64,000 nt of DNA. Origin: a virus (taxonomy: Duplodnaviria; Caudoviricetes). Within the stretch, counting starts at the first letter, position 1; each line of letters opens with the position of its first letter. Positions 20,056-29,732 of the stretch are shown piece after piece. The position numbers were made by a program, and so were the translations under genes. Below the pieces are notes generated by a model, which ran no database searches, was not told the origin of the DNA, and saw only the letters and a list, made by a program, of their open reading frames with translations. The DNA lies in the IMG/VR virus record IMGVR_UViG_3300025389_001063; one strand, given 5' to 3'.

Positions 20056-21119
20056 TGGCAAACAGAATACAACTAAGACGAGATCACAGCACAAACTGGA
20101 CTAGGATAAATCCCGTCCTTAGCGACGGTGAACCAGGTTTAGAAATAGACACTAATAAGGTCAAATATGGCAATGGAGCCACAGCCTGGCGTGATTTAGG
20201 TTATGCTGGTGCTGGGTTTCGCTATGCCCGCATACAAGAAGGAATTCCATCAACACCCTTAACCAGCATCACAGGCATAGATGACGATGGCCTAAGTCTA
20301 ACCAGCAATAATTTCGCACAGTTAATGTGGGTACCTAATACCGATACTGTAACACTAGTTGATATCAACGGAGACACTGGAGGTCCCGCTCATTTCAGTT
20401 GGGCCTATGTGGATGATACGGGATTTAATGTAGAAAACAAGCAACCAAGTTCGAATTTTAATTGGCAGTTTAATTTCGACGGCTCCACGCAGTTCCCTTA
20501 TTATAAATTTCCAACCGCAGATGGTTCGGCCAATCAGGTATTAAAGACCGACGGCAATGGAACATTGAGCTGGACTACTATATCTGCCACCACAAATCAA
20601 CTGGTCAGCGGCAGTTTTACAGTAAGTTTAGATAGTGGCACAGGTGTATTAACCGTACCTGGATTTATGAATTTAACCTACAGCCAAGGTGGCGCCGATA
20701 CAATGAACTTTGGCACAGGCCCTGGAGGTGGAAGTATCAATGCCACGTCAGGCAAAAGCATTTATCTAACCACCAATGGAGGTGACGAACAGTGGGTTTT
20801 TGGCACAGATGGTGTTTTAACTCTAAGCACCTCAAGTACAATCCTAGGTAATAATGTTGATCCTAATGTCTATATCGAAACAGTCAGTGGCGGTACAACA
20901 AATACTTGGACATTTAGTACAACTGGTACATTAACATTACCAGACGGTGGTACATTAAGAATCAAAGGATCACCACCAAACACTAGCAAAGGTGTAGCAG
21001 GTGATAAGGCAGGTATGATAGCATTTAGCACAGGATTTATCTATCATTGTTACAATGATTACACAGACGGTACTGGAGATATCTGGGGTCGCGTTGCTAT
21101 AGATAACGGTACTTTCTAA
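20055..21119 (+). CDS. Tail fibre with Mtd/hyaluronidase-like N-terminal domain
   Basis: RIQLRRD...NPVLSDGEPGLEIDTNKVKYGNGATAWRDLGY. Confidence 0.7.
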   Translation: MANRIQLRRDHSTNWTRINPVLSDGEPGLEIDTNKVKYGNGATAWRDLGYAGAGFRYARIQEGIPSTPLTSITGIDDDGLSLTSNNFAQLMWVPNTDTVTLVDINGDTGGPAHFSWAYVDDTGFNVENKQPSSNFNWQFNFDGSTQFPYYKFPTADGSANQVLKTDGNGTLSWTTISATTNQLVSGSFTVSLDSGTGVLTVPGFMNLTYSQGGADTMNFGTGPGGGSINATSGKSIYLTTNGGDEQWVFGTDGVLTLSTSSTILGNNVDPNVYIETVSGGTTNTWTFSTTGTLTLPDGGTLRIKGSPPNTSKGVAGDKAGMIAFSTGFIYHCYNDYTDGTGDIWGRVAIDNGTF

Positions 21120-21120
21120 T

Positions 21121-22476
21121 ATGTCAATAACTATTCGTTCAGCACAGACTATACGAAACGGAGTAACTCTGCGGGGAAATAGAGGAGACTATATTTTATA
21201 CCTAGATGCAGCCAATCCTGCCAGTTATCCAGGAACAGGCGGTACTTGGTATGATCTCAGTGGTTACGGACGTGATGCCACTCTAGTGAACGCTCCTACT
21301 TTTAACTACAATTCTATCGATTTTGATTATAACAGCAGTCAATTCGCTGTGATAGGTCCAACCGATATGTTTAGCGGTGGAGATATGACTGCTATTGGTT
21401 GGGTCTATATCCGCAGTTACCAAAGCTGGAGCAGATTATTTGATTTTGGTAATGGCGAACTACAAAATAATGTCTTAATAGCCATCAGTGAAGGAACATT
21501 TGGTCTTCCTGTTTATAGCACTATTGGGGGGGATGACATATACAGTAGTCAAACACTTCCCTTAAATCAATGGGTACAATTAGTGGCTGTACAATCAGGT
21601 TCTAATGGTTTAATATACATTAACGGAACACAGGTTGCTAATGCTACTAACACAGGAATAGCTAGTGTTACAAGAAATTACAATTATATAGGTCGCAGTA
21701 ACTGGCCTAGTGATGCTTATCTAGACGGCAAAGTGTCTAGTCTAAAGATATGGAACCGTGCCCTAACTGTTAGTGAAATCCTAGCAGACTATAATAACAA
21801 TCGACCTACTTCACTTCCTATATTATTTGAACTAGATGCCAAACACTATTCCGGCTCTGGCACAGACTGGGTGGATCTTAGCAACCATGGACGAGATGCT
21901 ACCATATATGGCAATCCTTCCTGGGACAACAGCGATGCGGGTGGCAGTTTCGTCTTTACACACGATACCACTCAATATATTGAAGTACCAGGTAGTAGTA
22001 GCGGTTGGGGGTTAAACACCGCCAGTAACAATCCCAATGCTAGTTTTAGCGTATGGGCCAAGATTTCTCCTTTTGGATATTTTCAACACATTGCTGGATG
22101 GCGTGGTGGACTAAACTTCTGGTTCCTTATATCACCCACTGGCCAAGTAGAAGCCAGATTTGATGGCGGAACACCTCTAGATATAAATCTAGATTATACT
22201 CCCTATTACAACACATGGACTCAGGCTACATTTGTCGTTGATTCTGCTAACAGCCAAACTAGGATTTATATCAATGGTACACTGGTAGGAAGTCACGATA
22301 GCATCACGGGTGTATTTGGAACAGGATCTACTAACTTTAGATTAGGTTGTGATGCTGTGGGTGATAACTTTGCTATGAATGGTAAAATAGGTGGGGCTAT
22401 AGCCTATAGCCGAGCCCTTACACAAGAGGAAATTACCGAGGAATTTAATAGAACCAAGACAAGGTACGGACTATGA
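21121..22476 (+). CDS. Tandem LamG/concanavalin-A-like lectin domain protein
   Basis: Two repeats of LDA...SY.G.G..W.DLS..G.DATL and YSRALT..EI...Y/FN. Confidence 0.8.
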   Translation: MSITIRSAQTIRNGVTLRGNRGDYILYLDAANPASYPGTGGTWYDLSGYGRDATLVNAPTFNYNSIDFDYNSSQFAVIGPTDMFSGGDMTAIGWVYIRSYQSWSRLFDFGNGELQNNVLIAISEGTFGLPVYSTIGGDDIYSSQTLPLNQWVQLVAVQSGSNGLIYINGTQVANATNTGIASVTRNYNYIGRSNWPSDAYLDGKVSSLKIWNRALTVSEILADYNNNRPTSLPILFELDAKHYSGSGTDWVDLSNHGRDATIYGNPSWDNSDAGGSFVFTHDTTQYIEVPGSSSGWGLNTASNNPNASFSVWAKISPFGYFQHIAGWRGGLNFWFLISPTGQVEARFDGGTPLDINLDYTPYYNTWTQATFVVDSANSQTRIYINGTLVGSHDSITGVFGTGSTNFRLGCDAVGDNFAMNGKIGGAIAYSRALTQEEITEEFNRTKTRYGL

Positions 22477-22487
22477 ACCTAACTAAC

Positions 22488-22494
22488 ATAAATA
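22488..22494 (+). promoter_or_regulatory. T4-late-like promoter
   Basis: ATAAATA followed by GGAG SD and ATG 22514. Confidence 0.55.
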
Positions 22495-22513
22495 CGAATA
22501 TCGGAGATATCAA

Positions 22514-24964
22514 ATGGCAAGTAAAATTCAACTAAGAAGAGACCTAGCCGCAAGTTGGGGAAATATAAACCCAATACTAGCGCAGGGCGAACCTGGTGCG
22601 GAACTAGATACGGGTAAAATGAAGTTGGGAGACGGGATAACAGCCTGGAATCAACTGCCCTACACTAGTTCAAATGATTACGAAGACAAGTTTGTTTTCT
22701 TATTTTCAGGAGGCGATTATTATGCCGCAGGAAACAGCACCAGCCGTGATGGCTTACACTGGACTGGAACTGATATCAACAGCGAATTTTGGAATGGCGA
22801 TTACAACAGTTCCTATGCTTATGACCTAGCAGTAGGCAATGGTCGTGTGGCTTATCTAGTTTATAATGAAATCTTTGATCGTAACCTTGTGATGTACAGC
22901 GAAACTCCAGGTAGTGCCTTAGTGGATCCAAACATCACTAGATTCCTAGAAGAACAAGGAGCCAACATACAGCGCAGTTGGGTTACCAGCCAAGACTTCT
23001 ATAACTATCTGTTTAGCAACAGTGGTAATCAAAACTGGGTCACAGTGTTCGGTCCAAACGGTGAACCTATCAATTGGCAAGGTATCAAATTCCAAGGCGG
23101 TTATTTCATAGCCTATGGTAGTTATTTAGACTCAGTAATCAATGATGGTCGCGAGCGTCCTTACTTTGTCTACAGCACAGATGCTGTACATTGGACACGC
23201 GGTTATGTGGATTTGACTTTTGTTACCAACAAAATGGACGCATACGCCAATACCTACAATAACAACTCCAATGATTATGCCATTAGGGGTGTAAACTACA
23301 ACGGTCATGGTTGGTTGTTTAACATGAAGTACTGGTGGGACAGTATCGACAATGATACATCTACTGGTGCTTTTTACTTGACCGATCTTTCAATGGGATT
23401 CACCAGCGACAGTTGGTTCCCAATGAACGGCGCCTACAGCATGAATTTTGATGGACAAGGTTGGGGCGGATACATGGGTGATGACCGCATGATATTCAAC
23501 AGCAACACAGATCCACGAGTGGGTGGTTGGCGAGAAGTCAATATTAGCGATGCCCAACAGGAAGTATGGGGAGATCATGCTAGTACCAATTGGAGCGGCA
23601 GTCGTTCATTTGTAGCTGGTCCTCTAGCAGATGGTACTCCTATGTTCATGGTACCACTCGGTAATGGTCGTGTTCTGACCACTACCAATCAAGGCGCCAG
23701 TTTTGGTGGATCAACTCCTGCCGCTCGTGTAGACAGCATCGTAGACTTCTACGGTGCCAGTCCTGCTGAGATACTTACATACAATGAAAACAACAGTGGC
23801 AATACTGGTATACAACAGGTAGTGATCACCGGATCACTGAATGGTCAGGCAGATGGAACATTCTATGCCCAGCAATATGATGACTATGCTTATAAACTTT
23901 ATCATGACTATGCTCTAAGTTATCCAGTCGACGGCACAGGTTGGACTAATGGTAATTTATTCGATAATGCCTATATCACATTTACACAGCAAGGTATAGA
24001 ACTAATTTATATTACCTACGGTGGTGGCAAGTTCGTAGCATTCAGCGATAACTGTGCCAACAACTACATGACCGAAGATGGCTATAACTGGAAATATGGT
24101 TTTGCGTGGAATGTGGTAGGTGATTTTGATTTTAACGCAGAACATATCGCCTATGGTCGTGTTAGCACAGATGGACAGATTGTAGTCAATGATGAAACTT
24201 ACCCAGGTGGTGCTAACAGCCTTACATTGGGCAACAACTTTGATGTACAGGTCAACAGCGGAGATCCATTATCATCTGAGACACAGAATAATGGCAATGG
24301 TCGAGATTTGTCGGATGGTACTGGCTATCTAAGCATCCGTCCTTATAACGCTCAGTGGCGTATTGGCGCTTATGGTAGAACCGACGGAGGCCCAAACCCA
24401 TACAGTTTCCTAGGTTCAGATGACTACTATGATACATTTAATGGTCCAGATTACAGCGGTCAGCCATCATATTTTCCTGGAGGTCCAGACATACGACTAA
24501 CCACATTCTGGGGTGACTGGTATTTTACATCTAATCCTACTCACGATTATAATCAACTTATAATGTCAAACGATGCCGATATCGTAACGGTAGATCAAGA
24601 AAGTTTCTTGAAAGATATACCTCGTAATTATCAAACCAGTGCTACAAGTTATACATTGGCATTGACTGATCGTGGTAGATTTGTTTGGTTTGATGGTACA
24701 GCAGGCAATGTCACTGTAACCCTTCCGGCCAATGCCACTACAAATTTCCCTATTGGTGCTAGGATACAGTTAGGCATCTCAGGTGTTACTGACAACAGTA
24801 GGCAGATAACTGTAACACCCGCAGGAGGAGTAACACTAAGAGGCAGAGAAGACAACAACAGTCCAGGTGCTGGTTCGTTGATCATCCGTAGCGATATGTT
24901 AGTAACTTTGACACAGGTTGATACAGACTTTTGGATCCTAAGCGGCCCATACATAACAGATTAA
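22514..24964 (+). CDS. Tail fibre / receptor-binding protein: Mtd-like N-terminus plus BNR/beta-propeller-like body
   Basis: KIQLRRDLAASWGNINPILAQGEPGAELDTGKMKLGDG; SxDGxxW repeats (SRDGLHW, STDAVHW, TEDGYNW). Confidence 0.7.
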   Translation: MASKIQLRRDLAASWGNINPILAQGEPGAELDTGKMKLGDGITAWNQLPYTSSNDYEDKFVFLFSGGDYYAAGNSTSRDGLHWTGTDINSEFWNGDYNSSYAYDLAVGNGRVAYLVYNEIFDRNLVMYSETPGSALVDPNITRFLEEQGANIQRSWVTSQDFYNYLFSNSGNQNWVTVFGPNGEPINWQGIKFQGGYFIAYGSYLDSVINDGRERPYFVYSTDAVHWTRGYVDLTFVTNKMDAYANTYNNNSNDYAIRGVNYNGHGWLFNMKYWWDSIDNDTSTGAFYLTDLSMGFTSDSWFPMNGAYSMNFDGQGWGGYMGDDRMIFNSNTDPRVGGWREVNISDAQQEVWGDHASTNWSGSRSFVAGPLADGTPMFMVPLGNGRVLTTTNQGASFGGSTPAARVDSIVDFYGASPAEILTYNENNSGNTGIQQVVITGSLNGQADGTFYAQQYDDYAYKLYHDYALSYPVDGTGWTNGNLFDNAYITFTQQGIELIYITYGGGKFVAFSDNCANNYMTEDGYNWKYGFAWNVVGDFDFNAEHIAYGRVSTDGQIVVNDETYPGGANSLTLGNNFDVQVNSGDPLSSETQNNGNGRDLSDGTGYLSIRPYNAQWRIGAYGRTDGGPNPYSFLGSDDYYDTFNGPDYSGQPSYFPGGPDIRLTTFWGDWYFTSNPTHDYNQLIMSNDADIVTVDQESFLKDIPRNYQTSATSYTLALTDRGRFVWFDGTAGNVTVTLPANATTNFPIGARIQLGISGVTDNSRQITVTPAGGVTLRGREDNNSPGAGSLIIRSDMLVTLTQVDTDFWILSGPYITD

Positions 24965-24976
24965 GGAAGACATAAC

Positions 24977-25432
24977 ATGACATTAAGACAAGTAAAAAGA
25001 GCCAGCGATCTACATCCTAAAGCCGCAGGTCCCAAACCACAGGCTGTAGTATGGAGTGCTATAGGAGATGATACTGAAACCAAACTGAGTGTGGTCTTGT
25101 TAACTAAACACGGTGCCTCAGTTACAGTTAACAAGTTAGACAATAACCCTACACTAAAAACACAGTTTACTACCACTTATCCTGAACAGAAAAAATTACC
25201 TTATATTGTAGTTGACGGGACTGCTATCGGTGGATTTAAAGAACTAAAATTAAATCCTACTTACTCTTTAATTAAGGCACCTACTCCAAAGGCTGCTCCA
25301 GTTAAACCAACCAAATTTGGTAATGGTAGTGGTATAACTCCAATAGCAGAAGGACAAAAAGCATATAATTCAATTCGTGCTCCTAAGGCACCAGTTGTAC
25401 CAAAGACTCTACCAGAGGCACCAAAGAAGTAA
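24977..25432 (+). CDS. Glutaredoxin-like fold lacking cysteines, with a Pro/Lys-rich tail
   Basis: KKLPYIVVDGTAIGGFKELK resembles the Grx TVP.IFI.G..IGG..DL motif; no Cys in the protein. Confidence 0.5.
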   Translation: MTLRQVKRASDLHPKAAGPKPQAVVWSAIGDDTETKLSVVLLTKHGASVTVNKLDNNPTLKTQFTTTYPEQKKLPYIVVDGTAIGGFKELKLNPTYSLIKAPTPKAAPVKPTKFGNGSGITPIAEGQKAYNSIRAPKAPVVPKTLPEAPKK

Positions 25433-25434
25433 TT

Positions 25435-26250
25435 ATGTTAAAGAGAGAACCTAGATACCCAAACAGAACTTTAGCAATAAGTCCTACGCCAAGATATAAT
25501 TGGCGTCCGGATAAATCAGATTCAAGAGATTATATATTTGAAAAATTAAACACTATTCCGGCAACTTTGCCCCCTAGTGTTGACCTAAGATCTCATTGTC
25601 CACCTATTGTAGATCAAGGACAAGTTGGATCATGTACTGGTTGTGCTATTGCCGGTATTATTGGTTACTACGATAATACACATAATAAAAGCGGGATTGT
25701 TGTTAGTAGATTGTTTATCTATTATCAAGAACGCCTTTTAGAAGGTACTATTTATTATGATGCTGGTGCTTATATACGTGACGGTATTAAAGCATGTAAT
25801 CAATGGGGTGCTCCTCTAGAAACACTTTGGCCATATCTAGCAAATAAAGTAACTACTCGTCCTAGCACTGGAGCATATACTGATGCTGCTAAACGCAAAG
25901 CGGGTACTTATCAAAAAGTTACTACACAAGCGGCAGGTATTAAAGCCTCACTGAATCTTGGATTTCCTGTAGTGGTTGGATTTACTGTTTATGCAAGTTT
26001 TGAAGGTAATACAAATAATACAACAGGCATGATGCCTTATCCTAATACTTCTTCAGAACAAATATTAGGTGGACATGCTGTAGCAGTTGTAGGTTATGAT
26101 GATAACTTGAATGGTGGTAGATTTATTTGCCGTAATAGTTGGGGAACTAATTGGGGTGATCATGGTTACTTCTATATGCCTTACCAAGTTATTAACAATG
26201 CCAATATGAGTAGCGACTTCTGGGCAATCACTGGCGTAAGTAATCCATAA
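25435..26250 (+). CDS. Papain-family (C1A) cysteine peptidase
   Basis: VDLR...DQGQVGSCT (Gln/Cys), GGHAVAVVGYD (His), RNSWG (Asn). Confidence 0.9.
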   Translation: MLKREPRYPNRTLAISPTPRYNWRPDKSDSRDYIFEKLNTIPATLPPSVDLRSHCPPIVDQGQVGSCTGCAIAGIIGYYDNTHNKSGIVVSRLFIYYQERLLEGTIYYDAGAYIRDGIKACNQWGAPLETLWPYLANKVTTRPSTGAYTDAAKRKAGTYQKVTTQAAGIKASLNLGFPVVVGFTVYASFEGNTNNTTGMMPYPNTSSEQILGGHAVAVVGYDDNLNGGRFICRNSWGTNWGDHGYFYMPYQVINNANMSSDFWAITGVSNP

Positions 26251-26253
26251 CAC

Positions 26254-26282
26254 TTGACTTTGTTGACATAAGATATTATATT
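26254..26282 (+). promoter_or_regulatory. Sigma70-like promoter
   Basis: TTGACT-N17-TATATT, with a second TTGACA at 26263; 9 nt to ATG 26292; no SD. Confidence 0.55.
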
Positions 26283-26291
26283 ACTAATATT

Positions 26292-26480
26292 ATGTCAAAG
26301 AAGTGCGAACTTATTCATCCAGAAACTGGCAAGAAAATGCTTGCTGAAATCCTTCAGCAGGACAAGTTACGTATGACTGTTCGCCCAGATGGCACTAAAA
26401 TTGAGATCTTTTTAGTGCGTGGCGACACTACGATCCCCTATCGAGGACGCTTCAAAGGTCAGTACTTCACAGTCCAATAA
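26292..26480 (+). CDS. Small hypothetical protein (SH3-like beta strands)
   Basis: 62 aa behind a sigma70-like promoter. Confidence 0.55.
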   Translation: MSKKCELIHPETGKKMLAEILQQDKLRMTVRPDGTKIEIFLVRGDTTIPYRGRFKGQYFTVQ

Positions 26481-26484
26481 TTTG

Positions 26485-26506
26485 ATAAATATCCTATAGA
26501 AGGATA
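26485..26506 (+). promoter_or_regulatory. Late promoter overlapping a short hairpin that covers the SD
   Basis: ATAAATA 26485-91; TATCCT(26490-95)/AGGATA(26501-06). Confidence 0.5.
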
Positions 26507-26511
26507 GAACC

Positions 26512-26835
26512 ATGAAAATTCTTGAACTTATGGAAGCAGTTACTCAAAGCGACTTCATGAGAGAAGATTGGCAAAAAGTCAATAAGAAAGATAAAACAGA
26601 CGGTATGAGTAAAAAAGCCGTTAAAGCCTATCGCCGTGAACATCCTGGCAGTAAACTAAAAACTGCTGTTACTACCAAACCAAGCAAATTGAAAAAAGGT
26701 TCTAAGGACGCTAAAAGACGCAAGAGTTTCTGTGCTAGAATGAGTGGCATGAAAAAGAAAAATGCTAGTGCTAAAACTAAGAGAGATCCAGACAGCCCAA
26801 TCAATAAGGCATTGCGTCGTTGGAACTGTGAGTAA
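26512..26835 (+). CDS. Basic Lys-rich protein, putative internal head protein
   Basis: MKILELME N-terminal motif; KRRKSFCARM...KALRRWNC is a type I recognise from T4-like cyanophage hypotheticals. Confidence 0.6.
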   Translation: MKILELMEAVTQSDFMREDWQKVNKKDKTDGMSKKAVKAYRREHPGSKLKTAVTTKPSKLKKGSKDAKRRKSFCARMSGMKKKNASAKTKRDPDSPINKALRRWNCE

Positions 26836-26837
26836 TT

Positions 26838-28871
26838 ATGTTTTTAAGAGAATTCTTTTATAGATCAAACCCAATTATTATTGAAGGTGGTAATGTACAA
26901 ATTGGCCCGCACAGTGCGGAAAGAATCAATTTGAAGAAAATTCCACGCAATCAAATTGTTCCGATTATTGACAATCTATTACATTCAGTCAATTCTGCTT
27001 TCCAATCAAAATTTAAGACTCCACTTTGGTCGCCACAACTACTACAGAAAAAAGAATTCCTCAGTGGATCGGCATTTCACTTTCTCAATCCAGGAATTCC
27101 AGATGAAAAATTTGTTCAACATAAACCTAGTGTTGGAGATATTGACACAATGGTTGATAAAAATAAAAGAGAACAAGTAGAACAATTTTTAAATTCAGTT
27201 ACAAACAAAAAGATTGGTCCTGCTACATTACTTGGCTTTAAACCTAATCCTGGAGGTGATCAATTTATTACATTATGGGAATTCAGTGAGCCACCAATCA
27301 AGATACAAATTGATTTAGAACTTGTAGAATTCCACGGTGCTGGTCCAAGTGAATGGTCAAAGTTTAGTCACTCTAGTGATTGGGCAGACCTCGAAGCAGG
27401 TGTTAAAGGAGTATTCCACAAATACTTATTAAGAGCATTTACTACAAATACTCTCAAAGATCGTCTCGTACAAATGAAAACAAAACTTAAACCAGTTAAG
27501 AGTACAGACGTTGCCTTTGCTGTTACTGGTGGTATGAGAGAAAAATATAAACCAGTTTTAGATGCTAATGGTAAACAAAAAGTTGTAGACGGGTTACCTG
27601 TATATACAGAAGTTCCAGCAAAAGACTCAACATATGTTAATTCAACAGAAGGCATGTTTGAATTAATATTTGGTAAACCACCGGTAGGAGGAGAAGAAAA
27701 ACTCCTCGGTTCATTTATAGGTGGATTACAATTAGCAAACAAATATCTTGATGATGAACATAAAAAGTTATTGCTAGATGGTTTTGTTAATACACTATTT
27801 GGACAAACTGCTCAAGAACTTTATAAAGGTGATCCAGAATCAGATCGTGCTGAAAAAGAAGTTGCTCTCAAAACTATGCTTGAAAAATTAGGCATGAAGA
27901 TGGACACAAATATACAGCAAATGGAAAAGTCTTTTTACAGTAATTATAAAATGGATGAAGAATTAGACGAAGAGGAAGTTGTTTCAAGTCGTCGTACAGG
28001 AATTAGCCATCTACAAGGTATGAAAGATTTAGAGTTTATTGAACTTATTAAGAAAATTAAAAACGAATATCAAGGTAAATTAAGCAACGTAAAGATGACT
28101 CTTAAAGTTGATGGTCTCGGTGCTCGCTTTGGTAAAGACGCAGAAGGTCGTCCATTTTTTGAAAGTTCAAGAAGCGGACCAATCTTTACAGCAGGTTCAT
28201 TTATATCACATGCTAAAAGCAGAGGATTTGAAGGTGAAAAACTTGCTCGTGCTGAAAAGTATGACGAAATTTATAACCTAGTCGTTAACAGTGACTTTGT
28301 TAAGAAGTTACCTAATGATATTAAAATTCATTGTGAGATACTTTATAATCCAATGGCAGAAGAAACAGAGAATGGCTTGAAGTTTGTCACAGTTTCTTAT
28401 GATAGAAAACTACTAGGCGAAGTAATGACTATTGTTCCATTCTACGCAGAAGTTGCTTCTACTGGACAAAAGTATTCTAAGAGTGAACAAATTAAAGACG
28501 AACTAATTAGATCTGGTAGTGGTAATGGTATTAAATTTGTTGATGACAGATTAATGTCAGACACTATCGATATTACTGGCGAAATTGATCCATTACTAAC
28601 AATGATCAACGATCGCTTTATTGCTAAACTTACATCAAGAACTAAAGCAGACGCTGAAGAAAAGTCGCAACTAAAGGCTATGGTTCAAAGTGTTAAGGAC
28701 AATTTGGCAGATTATATCTTTAGACATCCAAGCATTGCTGGTAAAGATAAATTGGGCAAAGACATTGAAGGTATTATACTTCATAGAGATAAAGAAGCCC
28801 CACTAAAGATCACTACTCCAGATTTTAAGCAAGCAATCGCAGCAAAGAAGAACCCAAATGTTGTTAAGTGA
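26838..28871 (+). CDS. Two-domain protein: Pol-beta-like nucleotidyltransferase plus RNA-ligase-like (KxDG) domain
   Basis: N half SGSAF...GDIDTMVD...IQIDLE; C half TLKVDG (motif I), HCEILY (III), EGIILH (IV), LKI (V); halves joined by acidic MDEELDEEE. Confidence 0.6.
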   Translation: MFLREFFYRSNPIIIEGGNVQIGPHSAERINLKKIPRNQIVPIIDNLLHSVNSAFQSKFKTPLWSPQLLQKKEFLSGSAFHFLNPGIPDEKFVQHKPSVGDIDTMVDKNKREQVEQFLNSVTNKKIGPATLLGFKPNPGGDQFITLWEFSEPPIKIQIDLELVEFHGAGPSEWSKFSHSSDWADLEAGVKGVFHKYLLRAFTTNTLKDRLVQMKTKLKPVKSTDVAFAVTGGMREKYKPVLDANGKQKVVDGLPVYTEVPAKDSTYVNSTEGMFELIFGKPPVGGEEKLLGSFIGGLQLANKYLDDEHKKLLLDGFVNTLFGQTAQELYKGDPESDRAEKEVALKTMLEKLGMKMDTNIQQMEKSFYSNYKMDEELDEEEVVSSRRTGISHLQGMKDLEFIELIKKIKNEYQGKLSNVKMTLKVDGLGARFGKDAEGRPFFESSRSGPIFTAGSFISHAKSRGFEGEKLARAEKYDEIYNLVVNSDFVKKLPNDIKIHCEILYNPMAEETENGLKFVTVSYDRKLLGEVMTIVPFYAEVASTGQKYSKSEQIKDELIRSGSGNGIKFVDDRLMSDTIDITGEIDPLLTMINDRFIAKLTSRTKADAEEKSQLKAMVQSVKDNLADYIFRHPSIAGKDKLGKDIEGIILHRDKEAPLKITTPDFKQAIAAKKNPNVVK

Positions 28872-29532
28872 ATTATTTGAAGCAAGCACAGAAGTTGCTA
28901 TTATATTTGGAAGGTTTAATCCTCCACACAAAGGTCATAAGGCTGCGTGGGAAATTGCTGCCCAATCACCAATATGGTATATAGGTACCAATAAGTCCAC
29001 CATTGGACCAAAAGATCCTTTGCCTTATGATGTTAAGATTAAAGCAATGCAAGTAATTTGGCCAGATATTAAAGGACACATTGTTGCTGAACAAAGTTGG
29101 CTAACTCTTTGCTCAAGAGTATTCGAAGAACACGGTGATGTTATTCTTAATGTTGTTACTGACGAAGAATATGTTTTTAAACTCATTGCACAATATAACG
29201 GTGTAGAAGGTAAACAACATGGATTTTATAAATTTACAACAATAAATCCAAAACCTAGTCCAAGAATAAGTTCTGCTACTGACCTAAGAGCCGCAGTTAC
29301 TAACGATAATCCAGATGCGTTTGCTAAGGCTGCTGGTGTTCCTGCTGATACATTAATTGCTGGTGTTCCATATTTTGAACTTGTAAAAAAATATATGACC
29401 CCAGACCCTAAAGTTAAAACAAAGAAAACAAAAGAAGAATGTGCCGGCGTTGGTATTGTAACAAAACAAAACTCTACAGCAGATGTTGGATCTGGAACTA
29501 TTAAAAAGAATATGAAGGCGTTTAAATTATGA
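28858..29532 (+). CDS. HIGH-motif cytidylyltransferase/NMNAT-like nucleotidyltransferase
   Basis: FGRFNPPHKGH, DPLPY, ISSATDLR. Confidence 0.8.
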   Translation: MLLSELFEASTEVAIIFGRFNPPHKGHKAAWEIAAQSPIWYIGTNKSTIGPKDPLPYDVKIKAMQVIWPDIKGHIVAEQSWLTLCSRVFEEHGDVILNVVTDEEYVFKLIAQYNGVEGKQHGFYKFTTINPKPSPRISSATDLRAAVTNDNPDAFAKAAGVPADTLIAGVPYFELVKKYMTPDPKVKTKKTKEECAGVGIVTKQNSTADVGSGTIKKNMKAFKL

Positions 29533-29732
29533 ACATTAAAGAACTTCAAAAATTAGCAGGTATTACATCTGAAGAAAAGACAGATGAAAATATTTCTACT
29601 GCTTATGCTGATAAACGCAAGAAAGAAAAAGAAGAAAACATATCACCAGGATCAGATGAATGGTTCAAACTCTGGTTCAAAAGAAAACCAGGTCTAGGCA
29701 TGCCCCCAGTATTTCGTGGAAGAAAAAAATGA
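29529..29732 (+). CDS. Small hypothetical protein
   Basis: MNIKELQKLAGI motif; coupled to both neighbours by ATGA overlaps. Confidence 0.6.
   Translation: MNIKELQKLAGITSEEKTDENISTAYADKRKKEKEENISPGSDEWFKLWFKRKPGLGMPPVFRGRKK

Noticed and set aside
20055-24964. Diversity-generating retroelement suggested by Mtd-like N-termini
   Set aside because: No reverse transcriptase and no TR/VR pair differing at adenines seen in the window; the Mtd similarity is confined to the N-terminal anchor domain.
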